Below, in pieces: positions 18,859 through 28,513 of a DNA stretch of 64,000 nucleotides (the stretch's first letter is position 1; the number at the start of each line of letters is the position of its first letter). Source of the DNA: Minisyncoccia bacterium (GTDB lineage: Bacteria; Patescibacteriota; Minisyncoccia; Phycocordibacterales; JAKFXT01); contig JBGPJO010000003.1 of the NCBI GenBank assembly GCA_041485465.1, positions 3,705 through 67,704 on the forward strand. The letters are read 5' to 3'. Made by a program: the position numbers and the translations under genes. The notes under the pieces are model-generated. The model did no database searches. It saw only the letters and a program-made list of their open reading frames with translations, and was not told the origin of the DNA.

Positions 18859-20022
18859 TTGAAGCTGTACTATACTATCGATACTATGCGAATCCATTTT
18901 TTTGTACGGACACTGAACGAAAAACGGGGAGGTGGCTCTACTCATAATGCCATTTCTTTTATCCGCGCACTTCGTGAGAAAGGTCATGAGATTACTGTCC
19001 ATGCGTACTCGTCTTATAACAATGAACCGCCCGCAGATATTTCTCTTATCCAACATAGTGGTGAGAGAAAGGGTTTTGTTGAAGCAAATAAGTTTCTTTC
19101 AAAAATTCTAAAAGAATCTGAAAAGGACGCAGATCTCTTTTTCCTCTATGGTGTAGATTTTACGTGGGGTGGCGGAATGTATAAAAAACAAGCGGGAGCT
19201 ACGCCAACGCTTGTGTATCTCGACACATATCTCCCATCTATGAACTTGATGTACAGCGAGGCAAGTGCCACTTTTGTATTCAAATCAACGGGATATTTTT
19301 TAAAGCGTTTTTTCTGGGACAGTGTGATTGGTCTTCAGTACGCTCACCATGCGGACCATTTTTTTGCGGTTTCGCCATATGTTAAGGAGCAATTTGTACG
19401 TTTTGGTTTTCCAAAAGAAAAGTTTTCTGTACTAACAAATTTTTTTGATCCGATTATTGTTTCTTCAAGTAAAGTGAAACATGCTGGGAAAATCTCCATG
19501 TTATACATTGGTCGTTTTACTTACGATAAAGGATGCGATCTTCTGCTCCGTGTTCTCTCTGGGCTTTCTAACCATCAGTGGCAATTACGACTTGTTGGTG
19601 GTGGTCCACAAAGATCTGCGTACGAAAAATACATTAAAGAAGCAGGTTTAAAATCTCGCGTAACTCTTGTGTCATGGTCAAATAAAGAAGAACTTGCAAA
19701 AGAGTATAAGAATGCAGACGTGTTTGTGCATCCTGCACGCTGGCCCGAGCCTTTCGGACGCACTGTGGTTGAGGCAATGATGTATGGCGTACCCGTGGTG
19801 GTGCCTCGTGTTGGTGGTGCGGCATGGATAGCGGGGGATGCGGGTATAGAGTTTACAAATGGTAATGTCAAAGAACTTCGTGAAGCAATAGAGAAGCTTC
19901 TTTCTGATGCTTCGCTTCGCGCCAAACTTGGTGCAAGCGGCATGATACGAGCGCGGATGTTCTCTAAGGAGGAAGTAATACCACAGTTAGAAAAAACACT
20001 CGAAGAAGTAGCTGCAAAATAA
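18859..20022 (+). CDS. glycosyltransferase family 4
   Basis: Motif 'FGRTVVEAMMYGVPVVVPRVGG'. Confidence 0.8.
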   Translation: MKLYYTIDTMRIHFFVRTLNEKRGGGSTHNAISFIRALREKGHEITVHAYSSYNNEPPADISLIQHSGERKGFVEANKFLSKILKESEKDADLFFLYGVDFTWGGGMYKKQAGATPTLVYLDTYLPSMNLMYSEASATFVFKSTGYFLKRFFWDSVIGLQYAHHADHFFAVSPYVKEQFVRFGFPKEKFSVLTNFFDPIIVSSSKVKHAGKISMLYIGRFTYDKGCDLLLRVLSGLSNHQWQLRLVGGGPQRSAYEKYIKEAGLKSRVTLVSWSNKEELAKEYKNADVFVHPARWPEPFGRTVVEAMMYGVPVVVPRVGGAAWIAGDAGIEFTNGNVKELREAIEKLLSDASLRAKLGASGMIRARMFSKEEVIPQLEKTLEEVAAK

Positions 20023-20023
20023 C

Positions 20024-21940
20024 ATGCAAAAAAAACTTATTGTTATATATGAGCCGGAGCAGGTAGAGTCAATTATTTCGTATATCCAAAAAATCCAGGA
20101 ACCATATCACATTATTGCTTTAAATTTTTGGGCGGAGCGGCTGCTTAGTGCTAGGGATATTACTTTCGAACCTTTGGAAAAATATGCGCTTAGTGAGGAA
20201 GAAAAAGACCGTCTCTTTGGGGTTGCAACAACTTTTGCACGAGAGTGGTATAGGTTACCCGAGCTTTCTTTTTTTGAATATAAGGGTGTTCCTATCGGGG
20301 AATCAGCTGAGCCTGAGATTGACAGTTATATTGAGAAAGCACTTTATTTTTTATATATTTTTAAAAAAATTCTTGAGAAAAACCCTGACGAAGAGCTTGT
20401 TGTTCCTTATGCCGAAGGGCGGACGGCCTCAAACAAGGCTTCCCTTGCGTGGTTTGAGGCCCGTGTGTCGATTGCTGTGGCGCAGTTTTTAGGGAATCTT
20501 TTTGGGCATGCTGTACTGCCTATAGGAGTAAAATTCGAACGTAAAGAAATTCCTTCAGTAAATCAGTATATATCTTGGCGGCATATAGCGCTTAAGACAC
20601 TGAACTGGTTCGTGGCTCATGCTGTTCGTCCCCGACCTATTAAAATTTTTGCAAGCGAATATTGGAGAAATATAGCCCCGGTTCTTGAAAAAATGGATGA
20701 TGCCGAGTTGGTGCTTATGGACCGTAGTGAAATAAAGAATATTCCTTGGCGCTACATATTTTCTCGACGTATTCGTTTTATTCACCCTACTGACGTTTTA
20801 ACTCCTAAAATACGCACCTTTGCAGCCGCGGTGACTCATGATTTTTCTCTTAAGTGGAGCAGTGCGGTCCCCGCTCTTGAAAACCTGGTTAAAAAAATTT
20901 CTCCGGATATTAATTGGTGGCCGCTTGTTGAAGAGGGGATCAAGTCTTGTCTCGGAGTATATGCTCAAGGTGTTGTTGAGAGCGCGCAGTGTATTGAGCA
21001 CTTGTTACTTTTAGAGAAATCAAATCGCGTGTTGCTTCGAGGGAGTTTTGCTGGCCGTCAGCCACACTTCTTCGTAGCCGCGTGTATATCTCGCACTCTT
21101 GGGACTCCTTCTATTGAGATACAACATGCAGCCGAAGTGCTTGATCCTCGTTCAGTAGTATCTCGTTTTGCCACTTCCTATATTGCCGGATATGGCGAAC
21201 TCACTAAGAAAGGGTTTATACGGAATCACACATATGCTCCTGAGCGAATTCGTATCGTTGGCTCTCATCGTTTTGATCATCTTGTGTCTACGCCCCCTTT
21301 ATCTAAAGACGAACGGGATAAGAAAATACAGGACTTAGGGCTTGACCCCACAAGGCCAATCGTCCTTTCAGCGGTACAAGCAGAAAACTACATGTTGGTT
21401 TTTTGTCCGTGGAGCTTTAATTCCTATGACATGGCAAGTTACCTTCAGTCTATGGCCACACTTAAAAAAACTCTGCCAGACATTCAGCTTATCCTCAAGT
21501 TTCGTTGGCCCGAACATTGGTTGACAAGATTTCCTCAATATTACAAAGACTATATCAACGAGCTATTTCCAAAAGGAGATGTAGTTTTAATCCACGCCGA
21601 AATTCCGATGGTTGATGTGATCAGGATATGTGATATTGCTATGAGTGGTAATTCAACCGTTCTTCTTGAAGTGATGGTAGCGAAAAAATCTTTAGTCTTT
21701 TTCCCGTGGAAGGAAAATGACACCTATACTCTCGAGAGTTTTGAGGGGTTGGGAAAACCCATTTATCTAAAACAACATGAAGAGCTTATTAATGAAATGA
21801 AAAGTCTTCTTGCTAGCGCTTCATTGAGGGCAGAGAGGGTCCGCATTCAAGATAACTTTCTTGCTAAAAATTATTCTTTTGACGGTCACGCGACAGAACG
21901 TATGGTCGCGCTTCTACGTGAAAATCTCCGGCCACTATAA
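20024..21940 (+). CDS. large hypothetical protein, possible GT-B/TagF-like (glycerophospho/glycosyl)transferase C-terminal domain
   Basis: 638 aa. The C-terminal 'LILKFRWPEHW ... IAMSGNSTVLLEVMVAKKSLVFFPW' resembles the 'K-x-HP' region shared with ORFs 28510 and 31148. Confidence 0.35.
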   Translation: MQKKLIVIYEPEQVESIISYIQKIQEPYHIIALNFWAERLLSARDITFEPLEKYALSEEEKDRLFGVATTFAREWYRLPELSFFEYKGVPIGESAEPEIDSYIEKALYFLYIFKKILEKNPDEELVVPYAEGRTASNKASLAWFEARVSIAVAQFLGNLFGHAVLPIGVKFERKEIPSVNQYISWRHIALKTLNWFVAHAVRPRPIKIFASEYWRNIAPVLEKMDDAELVLMDRSEIKNIPWRYIFSRRIRFIHPTDVLTPKIRTFAAAVTHDFSLKWSSAVPALENLVKKISPDINWWPLVEEGIKSCLGVYAQGVVESAQCIEHLLLLEKSNRVLLRGSFAGRQPHFFVAACISRTLGTPSIEIQHAAEVLDPRSVVSRFATSYIAGYGELTKKGFIRNHTYAPERIRIVGSHRFDHLVSTPPLSKDERDKKIQDLGLDPTRPIVLSAVQAENYMLVFCPWSFNSYDMASYLQSMATLKKTLPDIQLILKFRWPEHWLTRFPQYYKDYINELFPKGDVVLIHAEIPMVDVIRICDIAMSGNSTVLLEVMVAKKSLVFFPWKENDTYTLESFEGLGKPIYLKQHEELINEMKSLLASASLRAERVRIQDNFLAKNYSFDGHATERMVALLRENLRPL

Positions 21941-21989
21941 AAGAACACCTTTTTGATTTTGAGAGAGTTTGTATAGAATAAAGCTAATT

Positions 21990-22544
21990 ATGGAACTTAA
22001 ACCTTTTATTGAAGGAACAACTGTTGATCTAAGACCTCTCTCCATGAAGGATATTGAGGGGGGTTATGTTAATTGGTTGAATGATCCCGAAGTGTGTAAG
22101 TACAACTCTCATCATGTATATCCGTATACACGGGAACAGGCTGCCGCTTATATTGTCGGTCTTGAAGGCAACAAGAATAATCTGGTGCTTGCTATTGTTC
22201 AAAAAGATAGCGGCAAACATATCGGCAACATCTCACTTCAGAATATTGATCATCTTAGTCGCAATGCCGAGTACGCGATTATTCTTGGGGAAAAAGAATA
22301 TTGGGGAAAAGGGATTGCGCTTGAAGCCTCACTTATGATTCTCAAACACGGATTCCAGGCACTCGATTTACATCGGATATATTGTGGGACTTCGGAGAAA
22401 AATACTGCCATGAAGAATTTGGCGCTTGCCATGGGCATGCAGGAAGAAGGCAGGAGAAAAGAGGCCATATATAAGGACGGCGAATTTTTTGATGTCATAG
22501 AGTACGGAATTTTGAAAAAGAATTTCAATGCAGCAAAAAAATAA
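21990..22544 (+). CDS. GNAT family N-acetyltransferase (RimL-like)
   Basis: The sequence 'YAIILGEKEYWGKGIALEA' resembles GNAT motif A. Confidence 0.7.
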   Translation: MELKPFIEGTTVDLRPLSMKDIEGGYVNWLNDPEVCKYNSHHVYPYTREQAAAYIVGLEGNKNNLVLAIVQKDSGKHIGNISLQNIDHLSRNAEYAIILGEKEYWGKGIALEASLMILKHGFQALDLHRIYCGTSEKNTAMKNLALAMGMQEEGRRKEAIYKDGEFFDVIEYGILKKNFNAAKK

Positions 22545-23745
22545 AACGTGTGAAAACACAGAAGGACCCCTCTTCCCGCAGCTCAAGTATTGCGCCCGCT
22601 GTTGCATACCCGAGACGCAAGAAGGGGTACGGTTTGACGAGATGGGCATTTGCTATGCTTGTCAGTCGTCCGAACAGAAAATTCATATTAACTGGGTAGA
22701 GAAGGAAAAGGAACTTCGTAAAATTCTAGAAGATGCAAAGTCAAAGGCGGGAAATAATTATGACTGCATTGTTCCCATAAGCGGCGGCAAGGACAGCACA
22801 TTTCAATTGCATATCCTTACAAAAGTGTACGGCATGAAGCCACTTGCGGTGACGTTTAGCCACAACTGGTGGAGCGAAAGCGGTTGGTACAATCTCCAGA
22901 ACGCTCTTGAAACTTTTAATGTCGATCACATCATATTTACGCCGAATCGGGCGCTTATTAACAAACTTGCGAAAAAATCGGTTGAAGGGATTGGCGATAC
23001 GAACTGGCATGACCACGCCGGAGTAGGCTCGTTTCCGCTTCAGGTGGCGGTTAAATTCAAAATCCCTCTTCTTATCTGGGGAGAGTCAATTGCCGAAGCC
23101 TCCGGCCGGGCGACCTATGAAAAACCTCTTCATAAAATCGACAGAGATTATTTTGTTAAGGTTTCGGCAAAACTAAACCCAACGCAGATGGTTGGAGGGG
23201 GAGTAAGTGCCCGTGATCTCTATCCATTTACGGTTCCGTCGCAAGCGGAGCTTGATTCTGTTGGTGTATGGTGGATCAATCTTGGCGATTATATTTTTTG
23301 GGACGATGAGCGTCAGGCGGAATTTCTTCATGACACCTATGGCTGGAAAGAGACGCGGATGGAAGGAACATACAAACGCTATAAGAGTGTTGAAGATATT
23401 ATGTCAGGAATGCATGACTTCACCTGCTATTTGAAGCGTGGCTACGGGCGGTGCACGGTGCAGGCGAGTCTTGATGTTCGGAACGGTCTTCTCACAAGAG
23501 AAGAAGCTTTTACGCTCATCCGTGAGTATGATACGGAACGGCCGGAGGCGCTTGATTATTATTTGGAGATAACCGGTACGACCGAAGCCGAGTTTTACGA
23601 AACAATGAAAAAACAACGTGTGCCGAAAATGAAGAATATAGATATTCCGATTATGCCAAAACATCATCCTCATGAAGAAAAACTGGTGCCGTTTCCGGAG
23701 CAGCTAATTGAGAAGTATAAGAATAAAAAAGATGAATCCCGTTAG
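22528..23745 (+). CDS. N-acetyl sugar amidotransferase (WbpG/PseA-type, PP-loop)
   Basis: N-terminal Cys cluster 'CARCCIPETQEG...CYAC' and PP-loop motif 'VPISGGKDST'. Confidence 0.7.
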   Translation: MQQKNKTCENTEGPLFPQLKYCARCCIPETQEGVRFDEMGICYACQSSEQKIHINWVEKEKELRKILEDAKSKAGNNYDCIVPISGGKDSTFQLHILTKVYGMKPLAVTFSHNWWSESGWYNLQNALETFNVDHIIFTPNRALINKLAKKSVEGIGDTNWHDHAGVGSFPLQVAVKFKIPLLIWGESIAEASGRATYEKPLHKIDRDYFVKVSAKLNPTQMVGGGVSARDLYPFTVPSQAELDSVGVWWINLGDYIFWDDERQAEFLHDTYGWKETRMEGTYKRYKSVEDIMSGMHDFTCYLKRGYGRCTVQASLDVRNGLLTREEAFTLIREYDTERPEALDYYLEITGTTEAEFYETMKKQRVPKMKNIDIPIMPKHHPHEEKLVPFPEQLIEKYKNKKDESR

Positions 23746-24016
23746 AGATGAAAAAAGTTGGTATACATATGTACTTCAGAGTCTCACAGATGGGAAATGG
23801 TACACAGGTTCTACGAATGACCTGCGGAAGCGCTTTAAGTATCACCGCTTGGGTAAAGTTTCTTCCACTAAGCACCGAGGGCCATTCAAAATTATTTACT
23901 ACGAGATGTGCCTTACTGAAAAAGATGCACGGTCGAGAGAATTATTTCTTAAATCGGGTATGGGTAAGCGTTATCTGAAAAATCGGTTAAAGCGCTTCCT
24001 ATCTCTAACGGGATGA
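23732..24016 (+). CDS. stand-alone GIY-YIG domain protein
   Basis: 'WYTYVLQSLTDGKWYTGSTNDLRKRFKYH' is the GIY-(x10)-YIG core and the protein is about 95 aa. It overlaps both flanking genes. Confidence 0.6.
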   Translation: MNPVRDEKSWYTYVLQSLTDGKWYTGSTNDLRKRFKYHRLGKVSSTKHRGPFKIIYYEMCLTEKDARSRELFLKSGMGKRYLKNRLKRFLSLTG

Positions 24017-25383
24017 ATAAACTTTTTCTTGAAAATTCAATCAGCGAGATTATAGAAAAAATTCGTAACAAAAAACTTCTGCCGTCGGAAGTCGCGACTG
24101 CCTCACTTCAAAATATTCGCGAACTTGACCCAAAGTATTTTGCATTTGTTCTCTACGGAGACGAGGGGTTGATAGATGAGATACGAAAAGAGGAGAAATC
24201 AGTACCTATAAACGGAAATCGGCTACTTGAAAAAATTCCTGTCGGGGTAAAAGATATTTTTAATACCGCTGATTTCCCCACTCAGATGGGGAGTCCTTTG
24301 TGGAAGGATTTTACGCCGGGAAATGATGCGCGTGCCGTCTTTAATCTCAAGCGGCAGGGGGCGATTGTTATGGGTAAAATGGTCACGGCGGAGTTTGCGG
24401 TGCATGCTCTCGATAAAACGCTAAACCCGTATGACGTCACAAAAACTCCGGGGACATCTTCAAGCGGATCAGCGGTTGCAGTCTCGCTCGGGATGGTACC
24501 GGTTGCAACAGGAACGCAAACTGCAGGGTCTATCATTCGTCCCGCGAGTTTCTGCGGCGTCTATGCGTGCAAACCGTCCTTCGGACTCATTCCTCGAACC
24601 GGGATGCTCAAGACCACCGATAGTCTCGATAGCATAGGTTTTTTTACTATTCATCAAAAAGATTTGCGCAGGGTGTTTGATACTTTGAGGGTATGGGGTG
24701 AGAATTATCCTATAAGCAATAAAGCCTTACGTGATGACGCGCGGCAGAATAAAGAAAAAGACAAACCTTGGCGGGTTGGTTTTGTTCGTACTCATACCTG
24801 GGAGAACGCGCCCTCATACGCTAAGGAAGCGCTGGAGGCATTTATGAAAAAACTCGGGGGGAAGAAGGATGTTGAGGTGGTTGAAGCCATCTTGCCGAAG
24901 GTCATGGAGAAAACACACGTAACGCACGAAACTATCTACAACAAGTCGCTCTCGTATTACTTCCAGCACGAATACGAGAAGTCGAATTACGTTTCTCCGA
25001 TAATGAACGAGCTTATTGAGGCGGGTAAAAAGATCAGTATTGAAGAGTATGGTTCAGCAATAGCATTACAAACAGAGCTGATACAGAAAATGGATTCTTT
25101 CTTCAAAGATTTTGATGTGCTTATTTCTTTGAGTACCGCGGGAGAGGCTCCACTTCGTGAGGTTACAGAATTGAGAGATCCCGCTCTTATGTGGACTCTC
25201 ACGCATTTGCCGGTAGTAAATGTTCCTAATTTTGTCTCTCCGAATGGAATGCCTTTTGGTATGCAGGTTGTCGCGAGAAAATACAACGACTATCTTTTAT
25301 TCGGATTTTTGGATTACCTCGAGTCCCTTAAAATCATTCCGCGTAATGCGGGTTACTATCTCTCAGAGCCTCAATCCGATTAA
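24013..25383 (+). CDS. amidase-signature family protein (GatA-like)
   Basis: AS motif 'GTSSSGSAVAVSLGMVPVATGTQTAGSIIRPASFCG'. Confidence 0.7.
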   Translation: MNKLFLENSISEIIEKIRNKKLLPSEVATASLQNIRELDPKYFAFVLYGDEGLIDEIRKEEKSVPINGNRLLEKIPVGVKDIFNTADFPTQMGSPLWKDFTPGNDARAVFNLKRQGAIVMGKMVTAEFAVHALDKTLNPYDVTKTPGTSSSGSAVAVSLGMVPVATGTQTAGSIIRPASFCGVYACKPSFGLIPRTGMLKTTDSLDSIGFFTIHQKDLRRVFDTLRVWGENYPISNKALRDDARQNKEKDKPWRVGFVRTHTWENAPSYAKEALEAFMKKLGGKKDVEVVEAILPKVMEKTHVTHETIYNKSLSYYFQHEYEKSNYVSPIMNELIEAGKKISIEEYGSAIALQTELIQKMDSFFKDFDVLISLSTAGEAPLREVTELRDPALMWTLTHLPVVNVPNFVSPNGMPFGMQVVARKYNDYLLFGFLDYLESLKIIPRNAGYYLSEPQSD

Positions 25384-25496
25384 GCGAGATGGTTTTTCGT
25401 GAAAGGAAAAAGAAATGCTGCCGGGAAACGTTTTTATGTAACCATACCTATAACTCTTGAGTTTTAAGGTGTGTGTGTTAAAGTACGCCTCACATT

Positions 25497-26519
25497 ATGG
25501 CAAAAACCAGCGCAACAAAAAAATCTTCAATCAAAAATTTTTTCAGGGATAAAACGGTTCTGGTGACCGGAGGGACGGGTACCTTCGGGCATGCATTTGT
25601 CGCCCGTCTTCTTAAAGAAACCGAAGTAAAAAAGATCATTGTTTTCAGCCGCGATGAATTCAAGCAGAGCCAAATGCAGAGCTCAATGTCGGATCCGAAG
25701 AAGAAACTCCGCTTCTTTATTGGAGACGTGCGCGATTTACCGCGATTAGAGCGCGCTTTTCACGGCGTTGATATTGTGGTTCATGCCGCAGCCTTAAAGA
25801 GGGTGGACGCTATCGAATATAATCCACTTGAAGCGGTAAAAACCAATATTATCGGTTCAGAGAATGTTATCGATGCCGCTCTCGATAATAAGGTAGAGAA
25901 AGTGCTGCTCATTTCCTCCGACAAAGCTGTGCAACCTATTAATCTCTATGGGGCGACCAAACTTGCGGCGGAAAAACTTTTTGTTGCCGCAAATGCGTAT
26001 CGTAGTCTAGAGCGGAACACGGTTTTTGGTGTCGTGCGCTATGGCAATGTGGTAGGAAGTCGCGGAAGTTTCTTAGAGTTACTGAAAAAGCAGCGTGAGA
26101 CCGGCACCATTACTTTAACGCATGAAAAGATGACCCGGTTTTGGATTACTATCGATGAGGTTATGGATGTGGTGCTTGAACTTCTCGAATGTATGAAGGG
26201 CGGGGAGATTTTTGTGCCAAAGATGAAAAATATGCCGATTTACGATGTTATCAGACTCCTCACGCCCGAATGTGAAATAAAAACAGTGGGGATTCGTCCC
26301 GGGGAGAAGCTCCATGAAATTTTGATTACCGAACACGAAGCCCCCCGGACTAAGGATATTGGCAGTGCGTATGTCATTATGCCGGAGTTTTTGGCCGACT
26401 CTTCTTATGTTCAATGGTTGAAGAATAAACCAAGTGCTCAAGCGGATTTTGTTTTTGCCAGTAATAATCCCACGTTTAAGTTAAGTGAAGATGAGGCGCG
26501 AAAGATTCTCATTATCTAA
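25497..26519 (+). CDS. pseB: UDP-N-acetylglucosamine 4,6-dehydratase (inverting), PseB/FlaA1-like
   Basis: 'KTVLVTGGTGTFG', 'IVFSRDEFKQSQM' and 'YGATKLAAEKLF' match the CapD/PseB short form (340 aa). Confidence 0.6.
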   Translation: MAKTSATKKSSIKNFFRDKTVLVTGGTGTFGHAFVARLLKETEVKKIIVFSRDEFKQSQMQSSMSDPKKKLRFFIGDVRDLPRLERAFHGVDIVVHAAALKRVDAIEYNPLEAVKTNIIGSENVIDAALDNKVEKVLLISSDKAVQPINLYGATKLAAEKLFVAANAYRSLERNTVFGVVRYGNVVGSRGSFLELLKKQRETGTITLTHEKMTRFWITIDEVMDVVLELLECMKGGEIFVPKMKNMPIYDVIRLLTPECEIKTVGIRPGEKLHEILITEHEAPRTKDIGSAYVIMPEFLADSSYVQWLKNKPSAQADFVFASNNPTFKLSEDEARKILII

Positions 26520-26540
26520 CATTTAACACAACAAAAATTC

Positions 26541-27215
26541 ATGAATAAGCAAAAGAAAATATGCGTAATCATTCCCGCGAAGGCCGTCTCAAAACGCATT
26601 CCGGGAAAAAATCTGAAACTTCTTGCAGGGAAACCAATGCTTGCCTATATTTTGGAAACAGCAAAGAGCGCCAAAGGGATTGATCGGGTGATTGTTTCAA
26701 CAGAATCAGAAGAGGTAAAAAAAGTGGCCGAGCAATACGGAGCTGAAGTGCCGTTTGTCCGTCCCCTGAAGCTAACTGAAGATGAGACAACTACCCAAGA
26801 GGTGCTCGTGCACGCGATACTTGAACTTGAAAAAGAGGGCTACAAGCCCGATTATGTTCTTCTGCTCTACCCGACTTCTCCGCTGTTAAAGCGTGAGCGG
26901 ATAGAGGAAGCGGTACAGATTGCCTTTACTCGAAATTCTGATTCAGTCATCAGTGGTCATTACGACCGTGGACACTATTGGGAAGAGGCGGAAGGGGGAT
27001 GGATAAGGCTCTTTCCGAAAAAACCTCGTAATAGCCAGTTCCAGCAGCCGCTCTTTGTCGAAAACGGAGCGATTTATATGACGAGGACCGAAATTTTGAA
27101 ACGCCAGGTTGTTGCCGATAAAACGGACATTCTTCTTATGGATAAAAACGAAAATGTAGACGTCGATTATCCGGAGGATTTTAAGGAGGTTGAAAAGATA
27201 CTTCTTGAAAAATGA
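26541..27215 (+). CDS. CMP-nonulosonic acid cytidylyltransferase (NeuA/PseF family)
   Basis: 'ICVIIPAKAVSKRIPGKNLKLLAGKPML' is the acylneuraminate cytidylyltransferase N-terminal motif. Confidence 0.65.
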   Translation: MNKQKKICVIIPAKAVSKRIPGKNLKLLAGKPMLAYILETAKSAKGIDRVIVSTESEEVKKVAEQYGAEVPFVRPLKLTEDETTTQEVLVHAILELEKEGYKPDYVLLLYPTSPLLKRERIEEAVQIAFTRNSDSVISGHYDRGHYWEEAEGGWIRLFPKKPRNSQFQQPLFVENGAIYMTRTEILKRQVVADKTDILLMDKNENVDVDYPEDFKEVEKILLEK

Positions 27216-28513
27216 AGAAGAAAAATGTTTCTCAAACAACTTCTGCCATTGCTCTTTTTGGGGGCCCTCCAGTCAATAAAAACCCCTTTCCCGCGCCCTA
27301 TACGATCGACAAGCGCGAAATTGCCGCTGCTCTTCGAGTTCTTAAAAAAGGCCCTCTTTCCGGTTTTGTCGGCGTCGCCGGTCGTTATTTTTTAGGCGGT
27401 CCGGCGGTGCTCAAACTTGAAAGCGCGTTCCGAAAAAAGTTTAAGGTAAAACACGCGGTTTCTTTTAATTCCGCGACAACGGCGCTTCACGGCGCTATTG
27501 TTGCTCTTGGTATTGGGCCGGGAGATGAGGTGATCGTGCCACCCTATACAATGTCGGCTTCCGCAACGGCTATCCTCATGAACGGCGCAGTGCCGATATT
27601 TGCCGATATAGACGAGAGAACCTTTTGTCTTGATCCACAATCTGTCCGAAAGCGCATCACGAAAAATACCAAGGCGATCATGGTGGTGAATCTCTTGGGA
27701 CAGGCAGCAGACTTCGGGGAGCTTTTAAAAATTAGACGAGAGTACAATCTCAAGATTATCGAAGATAATGCGCAATCTCCCGGGGCGATATGGAGAGGAA
27801 AATATACCGGAACGATCGGGGACATAGGCGTATTCAGTTTTAATGTTCATAAAACTATCCAGGCGGGAGAGGGGGGAGTGCTTGTCACCAATAGTGAGAG
27901 CTACGCACTGCGTGCGCAGCTCTCTCGGAACCACGGTGAGTCGGTGGTGGGTGGAATGCCCGAGTATGATGAGCGGCCGATATTCGGAAGTAATTACCGC
28001 ATGACGGAAATTGTAGCCGCTATTTCCGAAGTCCAACTTTCTCGCCTCGATTTTTTTAATAAAAAACGCCTTGCTCTCGTAGACTATCTGACGAAGAGTC
28101 TAAAAAATATTCCCGGCCTTATTCTTCCGTTCATTCCACCCGAGAACCACCACGTGTTCTATGTGTACCCGATTAAAATCGATCAAAAGAAATTAGGCAT
28201 TTCCCGCGACAGACTGGTTGAGGCCATGACCGCGGAGGGGTTTCCGATGCGCAAAGGCTATGTGGAGCCGCTCTATCTTTTACCAATCTTTCAATCTAAA
28301 AAAGCCTTCAACAATACCCACTTTCCGTTTAAGAGTGAGTACTATGATGGAAAACCGGATTATTCAAAGGGCATCTGCCCTGTTGTCGAGCGCCTTGAAG
28401 AGAGAGAACTGACATTTACAAATATCTGCCAGTACCCTCATACCACGGCTCATGTTGATCTTTTTGTGCGTGCTCTCAAAAAAGTCCTCAGTCACAAGGA
28501 GGAGCTTGTATGA
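27212..28513 (+). CDS. DegT/DnrJ/EryC1/StrS-family PLP-dependent sugar aminotransferase
   Basis: 'FSFNVHKTIQAGEGGVLVTN' contains the PLP-Lys motif. Confidence 0.75.
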   Translation: MKKKNVSQTTSAIALFGGPPVNKNPFPAPYTIDKREIAAALRVLKKGPLSGFVGVAGRYFLGGPAVLKLESAFRKKFKVKHAVSFNSATTALHGAIVALGIGPGDEVIVPPYTMSASATAILMNGAVPIFADIDERTFCLDPQSVRKRITKNTKAIMVVNLLGQAADFGELLKIRREYNLKIIEDNAQSPGAIWRGKYTGTIGDIGVFSFNVHKTIQAGEGGVLVTNSESYALRAQLSRNHGESVVGGMPEYDERPIFGSNYRMTEIVAAISEVQLSRLDFFNKKRLALVDYLTKSLKNIPGLILPFIPPENHHVFYVYPIKIDQKKLGISRDRLVEAMTAEGFPMRKGYVEPLYLLPIFQSKKAFNNTHFPFKSEYYDGKPDYSKGICPVVERLEERELTFTNICQYPHTTAHVDLFVRALKKVLSHKEELV

